The notes under the pieces are model-generated. The model did not search any database. It was given only the letters and a program-made list of their open reading frames with translations, and was not told the origin of the DNA. A stretch of DNA of 64,000 bases, taken from Nymphaea colorata (lineage: Eukaryota). Each line of letters begins with the position of its first letter. The stretch's first letter is position 1. Below are positions 15,109 to 27,401 of the stretch, piece by piece. The stretch is taken from the NCBI RefSeq assembly GCF_008831285.2, contig NC_045138.2:23064001-23128000 (forward strand). The letters run 5' to 3'. The translations under genes and the position numbers were made by a program.

Positions 15109-15149
15109 GTCCCCTGCAATTGAGAGCTTAGAGATGGTCAAAGCTCGAC

Positions 15150-18100
15150 CCAAACTTTAGTCTTCTTTCTATTGCATATGTTCTATCTTATCATGAAGCT
15201 CACTTTTTTCCACCTCCATAACAGCCATTTTTGGGACCAAGAATCATTAGGCTTAGGTTTATAGGTCCACATACTCTTCTTTCTTAAGTTGGCTCCCTTT
15301 TTATTCTACATATGTGGACTTCAAAGCCAGAAATATAGCATGACTCTTATTAAGAGTGAAAATATTCATTATGCCTAACCCTTCCTCAACAAGGCTTCAG
15401 AGAGTGTGACAATTGGTTAGATGACATCTCATTCTTTTTTCTATGTCATTTCAGTCGAAATTGCAACATTCTTTCTTTATGAAGTGAACCACTTCCCTCA
15501 GCATTTTAAATAAAGTCTAGTAGTTCATTAATAAGTACTTACGTATTTTATTAAACATACTTTCTTATAAAATTAAAGCAATCTTCCTTTCCATGTTGTG
15601 AACCTCTTTGAAAGTTTCTCTTTTAATATAGAACAATAATATACTTTCATTATGCATGTAAAGAAGTGCAGACTTTTGCATAGGAGGAAAAAAACTTGTT
15701 TCCAACATAAGCCCAAACACTAGCTCATAAAATTCAGTTTGAACATGAAAAGAGAAAAAATAGTATATTTTTTTATAGCATGCACTAAATCATGCTCTAC
15801 TCTACTAAAAATTGTCATATCTTGAATAAAATATTACCTCAGAGATGCCAAATGGTCCTTGCAATCTTTTGGACTAATACATTTTTTTATTGGGCTTCCA
15901 TCTTTAGCCAACTTGAAAACATTTCAACCACTACCATAAAAATAATGGTGGAATGAGGTCGCCTTGTCGAAGGCCTGCTTTGACTATGGAATGTTCAGCA
16001 TTTTCCCCCATTCACAACCAAAGCAAAGAAGGTAATCATGACACAAGACATGATTTTATCCATTGAAGCAATATTATATCTCAAGGTTAATTAAGCAAAT
16101 TGTTGGAAGCCTCAATCCACATGATTGTACATTTTTTAGATGTCCAAATTGAACATAATTGCATTATTGTTCTTCTCAAAATTGTTTACTATCTCATGGA
16201 CTACAATCAATGATGGTTATTTTAGGTAAAAATGCATCTTGTTTAACTTCAACAATTCTTGCAAGCACAACTTCATTCTTCCCACCGTCACTTTCATTAT
16301 TATTTTGTATTGATAATTGTAGAAAACAATTTATCTATAGTCTTTGATATTGAGAATACCTTGGAAAATTTTCAATTAACACAATGTGGGTAGATTTGCT
16401 TTTTTGAACAATTTAACCATTTGTAAAAATCCTTCATTGTTGCACACACATCCTCTCCAACTATATTACAATATTTTTCATAAAAATCTACCCTAAGGCC
16501 ATCTAACCTAGGGGCTTTCCCATTTGCCATGCTGAAGACTGCCTACTTGATTTTGTCATTTTGAATGGGATGCAATAATTCAGCTCTTCGTATCAATGAT
16601 TCTTCGGGCATTCTACATTCCCCCTTAACAATGCTCAATATTTTTGTAATTGCCAAATAATTTTTTTGAAGAATTCTTTGTAGGCTATGTAGATATTTTT
16701 CTCCCCTTCAGCCTAACTCTGTCCACCACCATAGCCTTTAAATGCCCCTTGGTTTGCATGGCTATTTTTTTTCCTCCTTAACTTAACTCCGTTTACCACC
16801 ATAACCTTTAAATGTCTTTCTTGGTCTGCTTGTTCTTCACTTGAGCTTCAAAGAAGGTGGCGTTTCTAGCATTGTCATCGACATATATGTTCCTCTATCA
16901 AGACTGTTTCCAACACTTTTCTCAGTACGTAATCATATTCACCATTCATCTAGCCATACGAACAACCAGACCAATGCACTCTTTCTAACTTATCCCAAAG
17001 AGCTTCAACCCCCGTAGTTATATCCCCACAAGATTTGAAATTCCACCATGATAGCTCATTCCTCACTCTTTTGAATTTCTTTAGAACACATATCATGTAG
17101 CAGCCTGTCTTAACAATACCACTTCTCTCTGAAATTTCATATTCTTTCCAGTCCAATAGCTGTAAATTTTAAATAACTTTTTATCAAAACGTTCATTATT
17201 ATTTTCTTAAATTTTGACTACAAGGGAACAGTGGTTAGATATAGTGCTGGCAGGCATTTTTAAGAGAAGTTCATTGATTGGTGACTTCTCCAAACTTGAT
17301 TTACCATGGCCCAATCAAGATAGCAAAAAAACGTTACTATCATCTATTATATTATTTATACACATTAGGGTCATCAATAATCACTAAATTGAAATCATTA
17401 CTAAATTTCAGAACAAGTTGACACATTAGGATGTCTACCAATTTCATCCCTTGCCTTATGAAGAGCATTGAAATCTCTCACAATTAAAGAACGCTTGAAA
17501 ATTTCCTAAAAAAACCTAGTGAGTTCTCTCATGACCCCCTCTTGACAAGGCTATTAGATTTAAACTTAATAACCACATATTTCTGTCTCGATGTTTTTCT
17601 ATGCAATCAACTATTATCCAAAACTAATTGGAAGTATTAGCATTAAGTGCCATCCTTGTAGGTTCCCATCTAACTATCATTGTAGTTTGACCTTTCAACA
17701 AAGTGGAACTAGGCAGAACTGCATAGCTAGCCCTTTTCTTATGCCAATCCAAAATTGTTTCCTCATTCATCATTGGCTCAAATAATAAGAATGACTTAGG
17801 AAGATATTGAGCTACTTAGTTACAATGTTCTCTCTAGGCCTTGATTCTAACTAAACCCCTTATATTTCAAGATACTATGTACATCTTCAAAATTCACTAT
17901 CATGTTTATGCCCTTAGACTCTTCCACATTCTCCTGGTCCCACAAAAAGTTGACCAAAAATTGGTAGACCAAACCCATATGACTTCATACTATTTTGCTT
18001 TTTCATTATGTCTCCCACACTTTATGAGCATGGTCCCCTTACTCAGTGAAATCATAATTAGTATTATTGATATCTACTTAAAGATTTTTTGAAACATCCC

Positions 18101-19500
18101 AATCATACCTAGAAACAAACCTTTAGATCTAGTAGTTTTTGATCTCATATGTCCAAGTCCTTTGTTTGTCATTAGCATTACTTTGTACTATCCCCCACCC
18201 TCTTGCATATCTTGTTGTTCATTCAAACATTGTGCTTGATATTTAGGGTTTTCCAAAATACACGCAAACCAAAAGGCAACAACACCTCCCCTTTTTTATT
18301 GATTTTCCATGCAGCTTTAGAGCCTCAAATTGAGATCTCTATCACCATATGAACCTTTTGTAGCCATCGGTCTGCCCTCTTTCATGAACTTTATCACTTG
18401 ATCATTCTCTTCTATGGCATTTTCCTCTACACCTATATTACACACCTTTGTTTCCACCTCAAGGTCACTTTGCAGTTTATACATTGGTTGCTACCTCCAT
18501 ATTTCTGTTACTATTTTAGTTCCTAACTAGAGTACCAAACCCTTGTCTCTCCATCTCCCTTTTTGTACCTCATGGCATATCATCATTCCTCCATTAATGA
18601 TGCTTGACACTAGCCTCATCGGCCTTGAGGCTCATATGTGCTTCCAGCCTCTGCAAAGGATTTATACCTCTCTCAACTATGCTTAATCATGTGGATATTA
18701 ATCCTATATAATGAGTGAAACTTAATGGCACCTTCATATATGATCTCTTAAGACATCTTCCCTCATCTTCAAGAGTGAGGTCCACCATGGCTTTAGGTAG
18801 AAAGTTCATAGACACATCAATTTGAAAACATGCATAACCCACACTTGAGAGAGATTTCATTTGAATGTCAACCTCTAGGAGATCCCCCTTTTGTGTTTTT
18901 GCCACAGTCTTGAAGAAACATTGGCTCTGCAAAAGGAGGGGGGTTCAGCCAGATAGGAGCCTTTAGGCTATCTTCCAAACATAAAAAACTCCTTGGAATC
19001 TATATGTTTGCCACCAAAGTTCTCCCTCCCAATCTCGATGCACACTTACAAAGAATGACCATAAGCTCTCTTCTCTATCAACCTTATCAGAAAGAACCCA
19101 TTACACAAGAACAAGAATTTTGGGTTTAGGATTTCGTCCCACAACATTTTAAAGCCTGTGATGATGCAACCAAACTCCAATCAATTTCTTTGAGTGTCTC
19201 CAACAACATTGGCAATTTTCACGGACCAAAATTGGCATTTCAACACTTTTAAGGTTGTTTCAAAAAATTAAGATCTATTGTCTATCAATCTCATGAACCT
19301 CCATATGATTAATAACTTCATTTTGCTCTAGACGCTCTCCTCCATAGAATTTCGTATGATTTAGTCATGGGTGGCTTCCCTGGGATATCTTGTGTTGGAA
19401 ACCCTAGGGTTTTGTGAGGATATATGTTGTCATGTACCCTCCAAAATTTTTCATCTCCCATTCAAGTCTCCATGCAAACTACTTAGTTGGATGTTATCTT
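15150..19500 (-). mobile_element. Degenerate L1-type LINE remnant
   Basis: ORF1-like GYACFQIDVSMNFLP (18687-18932), endonuclease-like ..RALVK near 17540, KAPRLDG near 16500 and QAFDK near 15965, in LINE order; boundaries approximate. Confidence 0.65.
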
Positions 19501-20569
19501 CTACAATGAAAATTATTCATAGCCATGTAGTGGGTCTTAGCTCATGTTGCAACACTTAGATAACCATCCAACAACTAAAATATCAACTCCATAACTTGAT
19601 AAAGATCAGTGACTCTATAACTGTAATTTCATAAAGACAAAGAGATAACTGTAGTTTCATAAAGACAAAGAGATAAGCATACTTAACTACAATCAAGGTG
19701 TCCGGACAAGAAAGTAGGCAAGACTTGAGATATTTGGTGATGCTAACTTGGCTAAGAATAAAGCCTCAGCAGCTAGGGGCTGGGATGATTTAGGGCTACA
19801 TGTAACCAAGGATGTCAAAAGCCATGGCTAAAGATGGGAAGTTGATTGAAACAACTCACAGACTGCATATGGTACGTCGAAGGATGTTCCTACCAATGAT
19901 GTTGACATGACGTTGTTGAAAAAATGGATCAAGGCTACCAAGTTTTATAGAGCCAAGCAAGGTTGAGATATGGTTGGCCAAGGTGGAGGTTGTGCCTAGT
20001 GAGGATTAAAGCAAGAACTAGTGCAGCATGAGGGCTGAGGATTAAAGCCTCAAACAACTTAGGATTGAAGGGGAAACATGAGAAGACCAAAAGCTTTCAA
20101 CCAACTTTAGTGTAGAAGATAGTCAAGCCAGGTGATGTTGGGGAGTATGTGAGTTATGTGGCCTTAAAGATAATCTATACACTTTAGTGAGGGTCTGTCC
20201 CTTTGTGGGAGTCAACAGAAGCAATCAAATAACGTAGGGCTGTGACAACCATTTTTGGAAGAGGAAGAAACAACAAAGATGAAGCCTTGCGAGTGTCCAG
20301 TGAGCTTGAGACATAAAAAATAGAAGATATAAGAAACAATGTTTTATGTAAGAGATTCAACTTGTTGGGTAGGAGAGCAATGGATTCTAACTCTATGAAA
20401 TTGCTTGTGAATGGTTGGCAATGAGAGATCAACCAGGGAGATTCACACTACATGAAAATGAACCCCTGTTGATGCACAAATTGTGTCATGAATGTTGAGA
20501 AGACAAATAGTGACCTAGCAAATTTCATAAATCACTACTTGATCATGACGCCAACTATGTTTGGGTTCT

Positions 20570-22272
20570 GTCTGTCAAAGTTTGCTACGCGGATCGTAGG
20601 TCCATGGTCCTTCCTTTTAACTTGAAATCTGTGTATTCATAACATCACACACCCTATAAGTGAAATAAGTGCCTCGAATTGGAGAAATGAGAAAACAGGT
20701 TTCAGGACATGAGATGCTAAGTTCATAAACTATGACATGAGTCAAGATACGTCATCGACTAAGAAAATCACAACATATTATACCAAACTTAAATGACACA
20801 TGGCCTAAACTAAACATCTTACATGAGGCTGAAAATTGAGGGGGATAACTATGCATACATTTAAAAAAAAAAAAGCCTAGCCCCTTCTATATATTTGGAA
20901 AACCGTTTGTACAACTCAAGTTGTCGAGTCCCCATATTGGATAAATTTTGGCACATAGCTTCTGAAACTTCTATATTGCAGAAAATCAGTTCTAGAAAGA
21001 CAGCCGAACGAGAGACCAAAACTTGTTTTTCCACAAAATTTGGCATGAACATGCTGATACATGGGAGAAATAAGATTTTTTTATGGTTCGGGAAAACAAG
21101 AAACACTTTAGAAAAATAAGTTTCTAAGAAAATGTTAAATTATAATGTTTACAGCAAACAAAATTTTGAGTCAAAATTACAACATAGTTCTTTAAACACA
21201 AAAAACCGAAGTGGGGATTTTACCACGACCTAGACACCGAAATCCTCTCATGAAATGTGGACTCAACCTAACATGCATTGGACAAAACAAAGTTGATGTG
21301 TGAATGAATATGAAATGAAGAATACCATGTGCATAACGTGAAAGAACTAGAAAGATAACAAGGATGAGCTATGCATGAATTATGTGGGTTTCATGTGTAA
21401 TAAAGTTAATTATAGCATGGTCATAACAATAAATCCATTAAAGCCATGATGAATGATATACAATGCAAACAAGGAAACAAAAGACTTCAATGTCGGCCGA
21501 TTGGGAGATGTTCCATAAATGTGGTTTCTACCTCTTTAATTTCCTTGGAACGAAGAAAAACCTGATGACACTAACAAGTTAACCAATCACGATGTCAAGC
21601 AAAACAATGTAATGTAGGCCTTGAGAGGGTACTAATGTCCGTAAAGGCGGCCTCAACTCCTCTAGGACAAGCATTTAAGATTAGGAAACTAATGGTGAAA
21701 ATGTAAGCAAAATGCAAAACAAAGAATGATATTGGTGTAGAGAGAGATCTAAGTCCATGAAGGCGGTCTCAACCTCTCCTATCAACCCATGGAAGAAAAA
21801 GTGAAAAATGAAGAACCCTATATAGAGACACCAAAACATGGGAGTAGAAAAAAGGAAATGAAATTAAGTATATGGGGAGAGAACCTATCTATCATTCGAT
21901 TGAGCCATGTGGATCTTGTTTGAATCGGTCCATTGAATCTAAACAAGTCAGATCAAATAAGATGGGTTTGTCAATCTGAATTCAATAGGTTCAAGAGTAC
22001 TGAACTAGGGCCAATTAAGCTGGGCATGGCACTGGGTTGATCCTAGGCTCAAGTAGGCTTGAACCAGAGGGGTCAAGTTTGGCAGGTTTGGGTCAAGATG
22101 GTCCAGGTTAGTTAAGTCTGGACTTAGTGAATTGGTCTAAATGAACTCAACTAGGTTCGGTTTTAGTAGCTCAAGTTGACTCAAGGTTAGATTTGGGTTT
22201 AAAAGGGCTCGAATCAGGCTGGTTCAGGCGTAGCCTGCTGTGGACTCACTAACCTACTTGTGGGCCCCTAAC
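20570..22272. mobile_element. Possible gypsy-type LTR remnant
   Basis: Ends GGCCCCTAACA; internal repeated GTCCRTRAAGGCGGYCTCAAC motifs (about 21637 and 21753); no confident TSD. Confidence 0.35.
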
Positions 22273-23477
22273 ACCAGGATTGTTTGATTTGCCGCTTTTA
22301 TAAAAAGATAATAAAAACTCAACACGAGATTCAATTATCTGGGAACGTGATGCTCTTTGTACGTAATGGTTAATTTCTATCCTCCCATCCATATCTGGTA
22401 TTAACTTGTCCGTGTTTCCCATCTTTTTGCATCTTTACAACGGAAACTTTATTCCTCATTCGTTTTTTCTAATTAAGGGGTACCTCGTGAACTATTCCTT
22501 TAACTAAGATTATTACTTATAATTTTGTAAGACGTGATTTATCAAGCATTTGTGGGTGAAGAAGCTAAGAATTTCATGGTCAAGTTCTTTTTATTGACAT
22601 AAAAAACCACTAACATGGATATGTCATTTATGCTGTAAACTTTGTCTGGAAAATCGTTGGATCGAAAGGTTATTACAATGACGCTTTCCCCCAGTCTCTA
22701 TAAATAAAAATGTGGGTGCAGGGAGCACGCGGTAGGAGTGACACGAAAGGATATAAAAATTATGAGGGCACCTACTGACAGCCTTTATGGTATTGACCTG
22801 TACTAGAGATGTACGTTAGAGATAAGGATTCCTTTCTAGCTATGCACGTGAGATGTGGTCAACTCTCTCTCACCGGAGCTTGTTATGTATTTGTATGAAT
22901 TTTTATGCATCATTTTAATAATGACAAAAAATATCCATAATTAATACAAAAAGAAACTTTTTGCATGGACAAAAAAGGAAATCTAAAAAAGGAAATCTCA
23001 AAAAGAAAATTTGAAGATTCGGTAAAAATAAAACTTTTCATATAACGACCAATATATTCTTCTAAGTGGTAAAAAAACATTTTCATTTTTTATGTCTCAC
23101 TCAAAGAATAATCTAATTATCTCATAAGTATTATTTCATATTTATGTTTAGTGTTATCTCCTACATCCATCTATTATCTTTTTATCTCATAAATCTTTTA
23201 TTATCTCATATCCATTATTTGGTACTGCTATCTCACACCTACTTGTTATCTCATACACATTATCTCATAATTATTTATTATCTCGTACATTTGTTATATC
23301 ATACACTTGTTATCTCATGCATATAGATATGCAATGTTTGGGCAAGAAAGTAAATATGCATATTGATAATAAGGCTCACATCTGGCGTACACTCACTATA
23401 TACACAGGATGGTGTTCAGAACTCAACCTCCTCTGTCACATAATCATCATACCTAATGCATCATGAATTTGGTTGTC

Positions 23478-23607
<130 letters not shown>

Positions 23608-23829
23608 GCAGTTGTGATAGGACATAGAAATCCTCTTATCTCTCATAGTACACTGCCCAATGCAATGTATTGGGTTTTTATTAAAGGAACCGTGTAGAGT
23701 AATCAAAATTTCAACAAGAAGCAGTGCGGTTAGAAACTAATCAAGAATAGGATACACTGCCAACCCACCACTACTTGCTTGATGCTTTAGTTTTGTTTGA
23801 ATTTAACATCGTTTTTGCAAACAATAGCA

Positions 23830-24210
23830 TTGGAAATGATTGGGTTTGATCTTATACTTGGCATGAAATGGATGTCAAAGCACTGTTGCCAAGGTACATT
23901 GTGGAGAGCGTGGTATGATTTTCATTGCCAAGACGAGCTAGTGGAGTTTCAAACCTCGACTGAAATAGCGTAGAAATTTGTTGGTCAAGGATGCAAACTA
24001 TTTTTGGCAAGTTCGTCATCTATTCAAGAAAGACTAAACCCCTTTGGACCAGGTTAAAGTGGTCAGAGAGTTCTTCACTTACTTCCAAATTGTTTGCTAG
24101 GACGGCTACCATTTAGAGAGTTGGGAGTTTGAGACTGAGATTCTCCTAGGTATAACCATAATTTCAAAAGCTCCTCGTCAAATGATTCCAGCAGAATTCA
24201 AAGAGTTGAT
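23830..24210 (+). mobile_element. Ty3/gypsy (Tekay/Del-like) protease-RT junction remnant
   Basis: Translates as MIGFDLILGMKWMSKH ... ISKAPRQMIPAEFKEL, matching the DFDVILGMDWL ... ISKAPYRMAPAELKEL gypsy motifs. Confidence 0.75.
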
Positions 24211-24261
24211 TTCAAATGGAACTCTTCAGGGGTGAATTGCCTAATAGTAGTAGCAGTAGTA

Positions 24262-24441
24262 GGCAAATTGAAATCAATCCACTGCTGCTGTGGCTGGATG
24301 GTTGATTTTTCATTTTGTGTTAAAAAAGTCAAAAAAAGTGCATTCCTTCACTAATGCACTTTTGCGATGGTTCTTAGTGACATAAAATAAATATAAAAAA
24401 ACCCCATCCAGCTACAAAGGTAGTTGGCTGATTTCAATTCC
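24262..24441. mobile_element. Foldback MITE inserted in an (AGT)n tract
   Basis: ~40-bp imperfect TIRs AATTGAAATCAATCCACTGC..GCTGGATGG / CCATCCAGC..TGATTTCAATT. Confidence 0.65.
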
Positions 24442-24627
24442 TCATAGTAGTAGTAGTAGTTGTTGTTGTTGCTGTTGTTCTTGCAGTAGTAGGGTTATTG
24501 ATGATGATATATATCAAACAACTGTTGGATAGAAATTCAACTTCTATTTGAACTTATAATCCTTATGGCAGAAAGTGTATAAAAGTTGGTGACTCAAACA
24601 TTATTTAATTTGGTTATCGAACTTGGT

Positions 24628-24634
24628 ATACACA

Positions 24635-24686
<52 letters not shown>
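24628..24686. repeat. Compound (CA)n(GA)n microsatellite
   Basis: Read directly. Confidence 0.95.
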
Positions 24687-24688
<2 letters not shown>

Positions 24689-27349
24689 ATTTGCCTTAAA
24701 ATTTGATGCTCGGAGGTAGGCAGCCATGAACTGGACACATGCACCTACATATAAATAATCCAGTGAGCATACCTTAAAATTTGATGCTATGAGGTATGCA
24801 GGCATGAACAGGACACAGGCACCTATATATAAAATGTCCAAACATTGGCAATACCTGGAAGCTGGAATCGAACCTAATAACAGTCATGACATTTATAAGT
24901 TTTTAAAAACAAGAAAAAATCTTCCAGATTCATGGAAAATTTTTAAGAAAGCATTGCCGCTTTTAGTTAATAAGATTATAGAACGCAGCGACGGATGCAG
25001 GTAGTATTGGGCTTTAGATCTTCAAGTTTAACGATAGAAAGAGTTCGTCAATAGATTAATAGGCAGGGCGCGACTCTTAGTGTAAAACCAGTTCGGATCC
25101 ACCCTCGAAAGAATTAGATGGCAAATAAGTAAACGTCTTGCACTTGTCCAAATTGGTGGCTGCGTGGGGTATTGGATATAATATACATCCCCCCCTTCCC
25201 CTATAACTTCTCCCCTTTTTGAATTGAGTGCCAGATGATGTAACTTTGTCAACCTTTCCTTTTCGTATCCTACTGGTCCAACTAAACCTGGGCAATCTTC
25301 AGAGAGCAATCACCTTCTTTTTGTGACGCAAGTTTCTCTTTTGGTTAAAAGGGGGTTTGATTTCTTCAAGCAAAGTGCAACAAGCAACAAATTATCAAAA
25401 AGTAGAGGAGGATGCTACTTTTGTTGTGGACTTACCAACCAATCATGCAGCAAAGGAGATGAAGGGTTGTGTGGTAGTTTCACTTTTTTCTGAGCTGTAA
25501 GATAAAATATTACTTTTGCTCACCCTAAAACCATACAATAAAAGTGGTGGATAATTCATTAAAATTTTAATTTTTACAATTTTGGTAAGAGCAAATCTGA
25601 GTTTTCTAGATGCAACTAGATGCATCCACTCTGCAGCATAGATGCTTTTAAGTACTCCCTAGTATATCGCGTTAAACAAAGGTAAAAACCCAATCAAGAT
25701 CCTGATTTAACCAGCCAATTGATTACCAACTGTATCCATAGAGTCTCATGATCCCATTAAGACGATTTTAGTTAGCCAATTGACTATTAATATTATCCCT
25801 TAAGAGTCTCACGGTCCCACTAAGATCCTATTTTGGCTATTAGCCATTTTGAGTATTTGCTTCATCTTAAAAGACAGTTATCTAGGATGGAACCAGTCAA
25901 GTCATGGTTCACTTTGTAACACAACTACGGATGGTTCTTAGTTAAGGGTGGTTTTCAGCTCTGTTTTGTTGGAATCGTTCCTGAGAGGCACAAAGTGTCA
26001 ATGTTGGTCAGAATATTAAACACTAAACACGAGTAAAAATAACCCAGTCACTTTGAATCAGGAGGATCTCAAAATGTGCATTATCTGCAGTTAGTCCTTA
26101 GACTTTGGATTCAGATCTGAAACTATAAAACGAACAAAAGAGAGGGGGCATTAAAGAGTGACAAATAAGACCTTGAACCTGATACCTGAACTTTCTCGTG
26201 CTGATTGTCTTGTAAGGATTGACGGGTGGAAGTCGGCCAAGGTTTTACTCTTTATAGACGGGATCATTAACTAGCCTGGACCTAAAAGAAGGGCTTTTCA
26301 ACCAGAAAATGGGTTTTTAAAAAAAAAGGACCTTATGCTCATTTTGTGAATTACATCGTCTTTTTCATATTAGTTGACCTAAGATGCACAGTTGCTGCTG
26401 CCTGGGGAACAATGCAAAAAATTGCAGTTGAAGATAGTCTTCTTAACCCAAACACAAATCAGAGACGGAATTTAAAGAGAATATAATCACTATTGGGCTA
26501 TAGATGCTAAGGAGGGAATGGAGAAAGAGAAGTAGAATGGTGTCAAAATCAGAAAAACATGGTCGATTTTAAGTGAAAACAAGTAAGAATCAATTTAAAG
26601 GGCTTTTTATGTAGTATGCAATGGTAAATTCCTACTAGTGCACTGACAAACAAATAAAAATTAAAAGAGAAGAAAAATATAAAGATATGATGCCCTAGGC
26701 CAATTTAAGAAAAATACATGAGATTCAGGATTCTCATTGCATGAAACTGGGACTCGGAGAACTGTATTTCCAGGATGTAGATACTGCAACCACTTCGATT
26801 AAATAGGAAACGTGCTACTTACTCTAAGTGGTTCCAGTACCAACCCCATGAAAGGTTCTTTATGTTCATAGGAATTAGGAATCTATAATCAGAAATCCAA
26901 CTCTATCTCAACTCTAATGATCGCGGTACTTGGAAGAAATATTTGATGAGAAAGACAGAAAATTACTCAGGTAAGCTTAAGCATACACATCCCATTACCT
27001 TCATTAGCCGGATGTTCAACGAAGACTCATAGGCTGTACAAAGCCGAGAAGAGATGTAATAGAGAAAACAGCAAGCATGAGAGACAAGCAAAAGGTAATG
27101 ACAGATTTTCAAATAAATTTCACTGCTGAGCTAACTAAGAGGCCAAAAGAGCGTGCTTATTAAAAATTATATATTTATAAAGATTGAGTTCCATTTGCCC
27201 ACCACACTGAAAAAAATTATTTTAGTGGTTGCTACTTGTACATAACATATAACTAGAATAAGGAAACTATCATCAGCGAAGAAATGAAGAGAGAGAGAGA
27301 ATTTTGCAAGAAATAGCAAACCAAAATTACCATAGGTACACCAAACTTA

Positions 27350-27401
27350 TCATCTCTGAATCTTCCCAATGGAGTGCAAGTAAATTGATACAGAGACAAC
27401 C
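27350..27401 (-). CDS. Transporter terminal coding exon (VVSVSIYLHSIGKIQR*)
   Basis: atccAG acceptor; TGA at 27350-27352. Confidence 0.9.

Noticed and set aside
25020..25330. Possible organellar (mitochondrial-like) insertions, also about 26160-26320 and 63880-64000
   Set aside because: Only a compositional impression; no gene motif recognised; needs BLAST against organelle genomes
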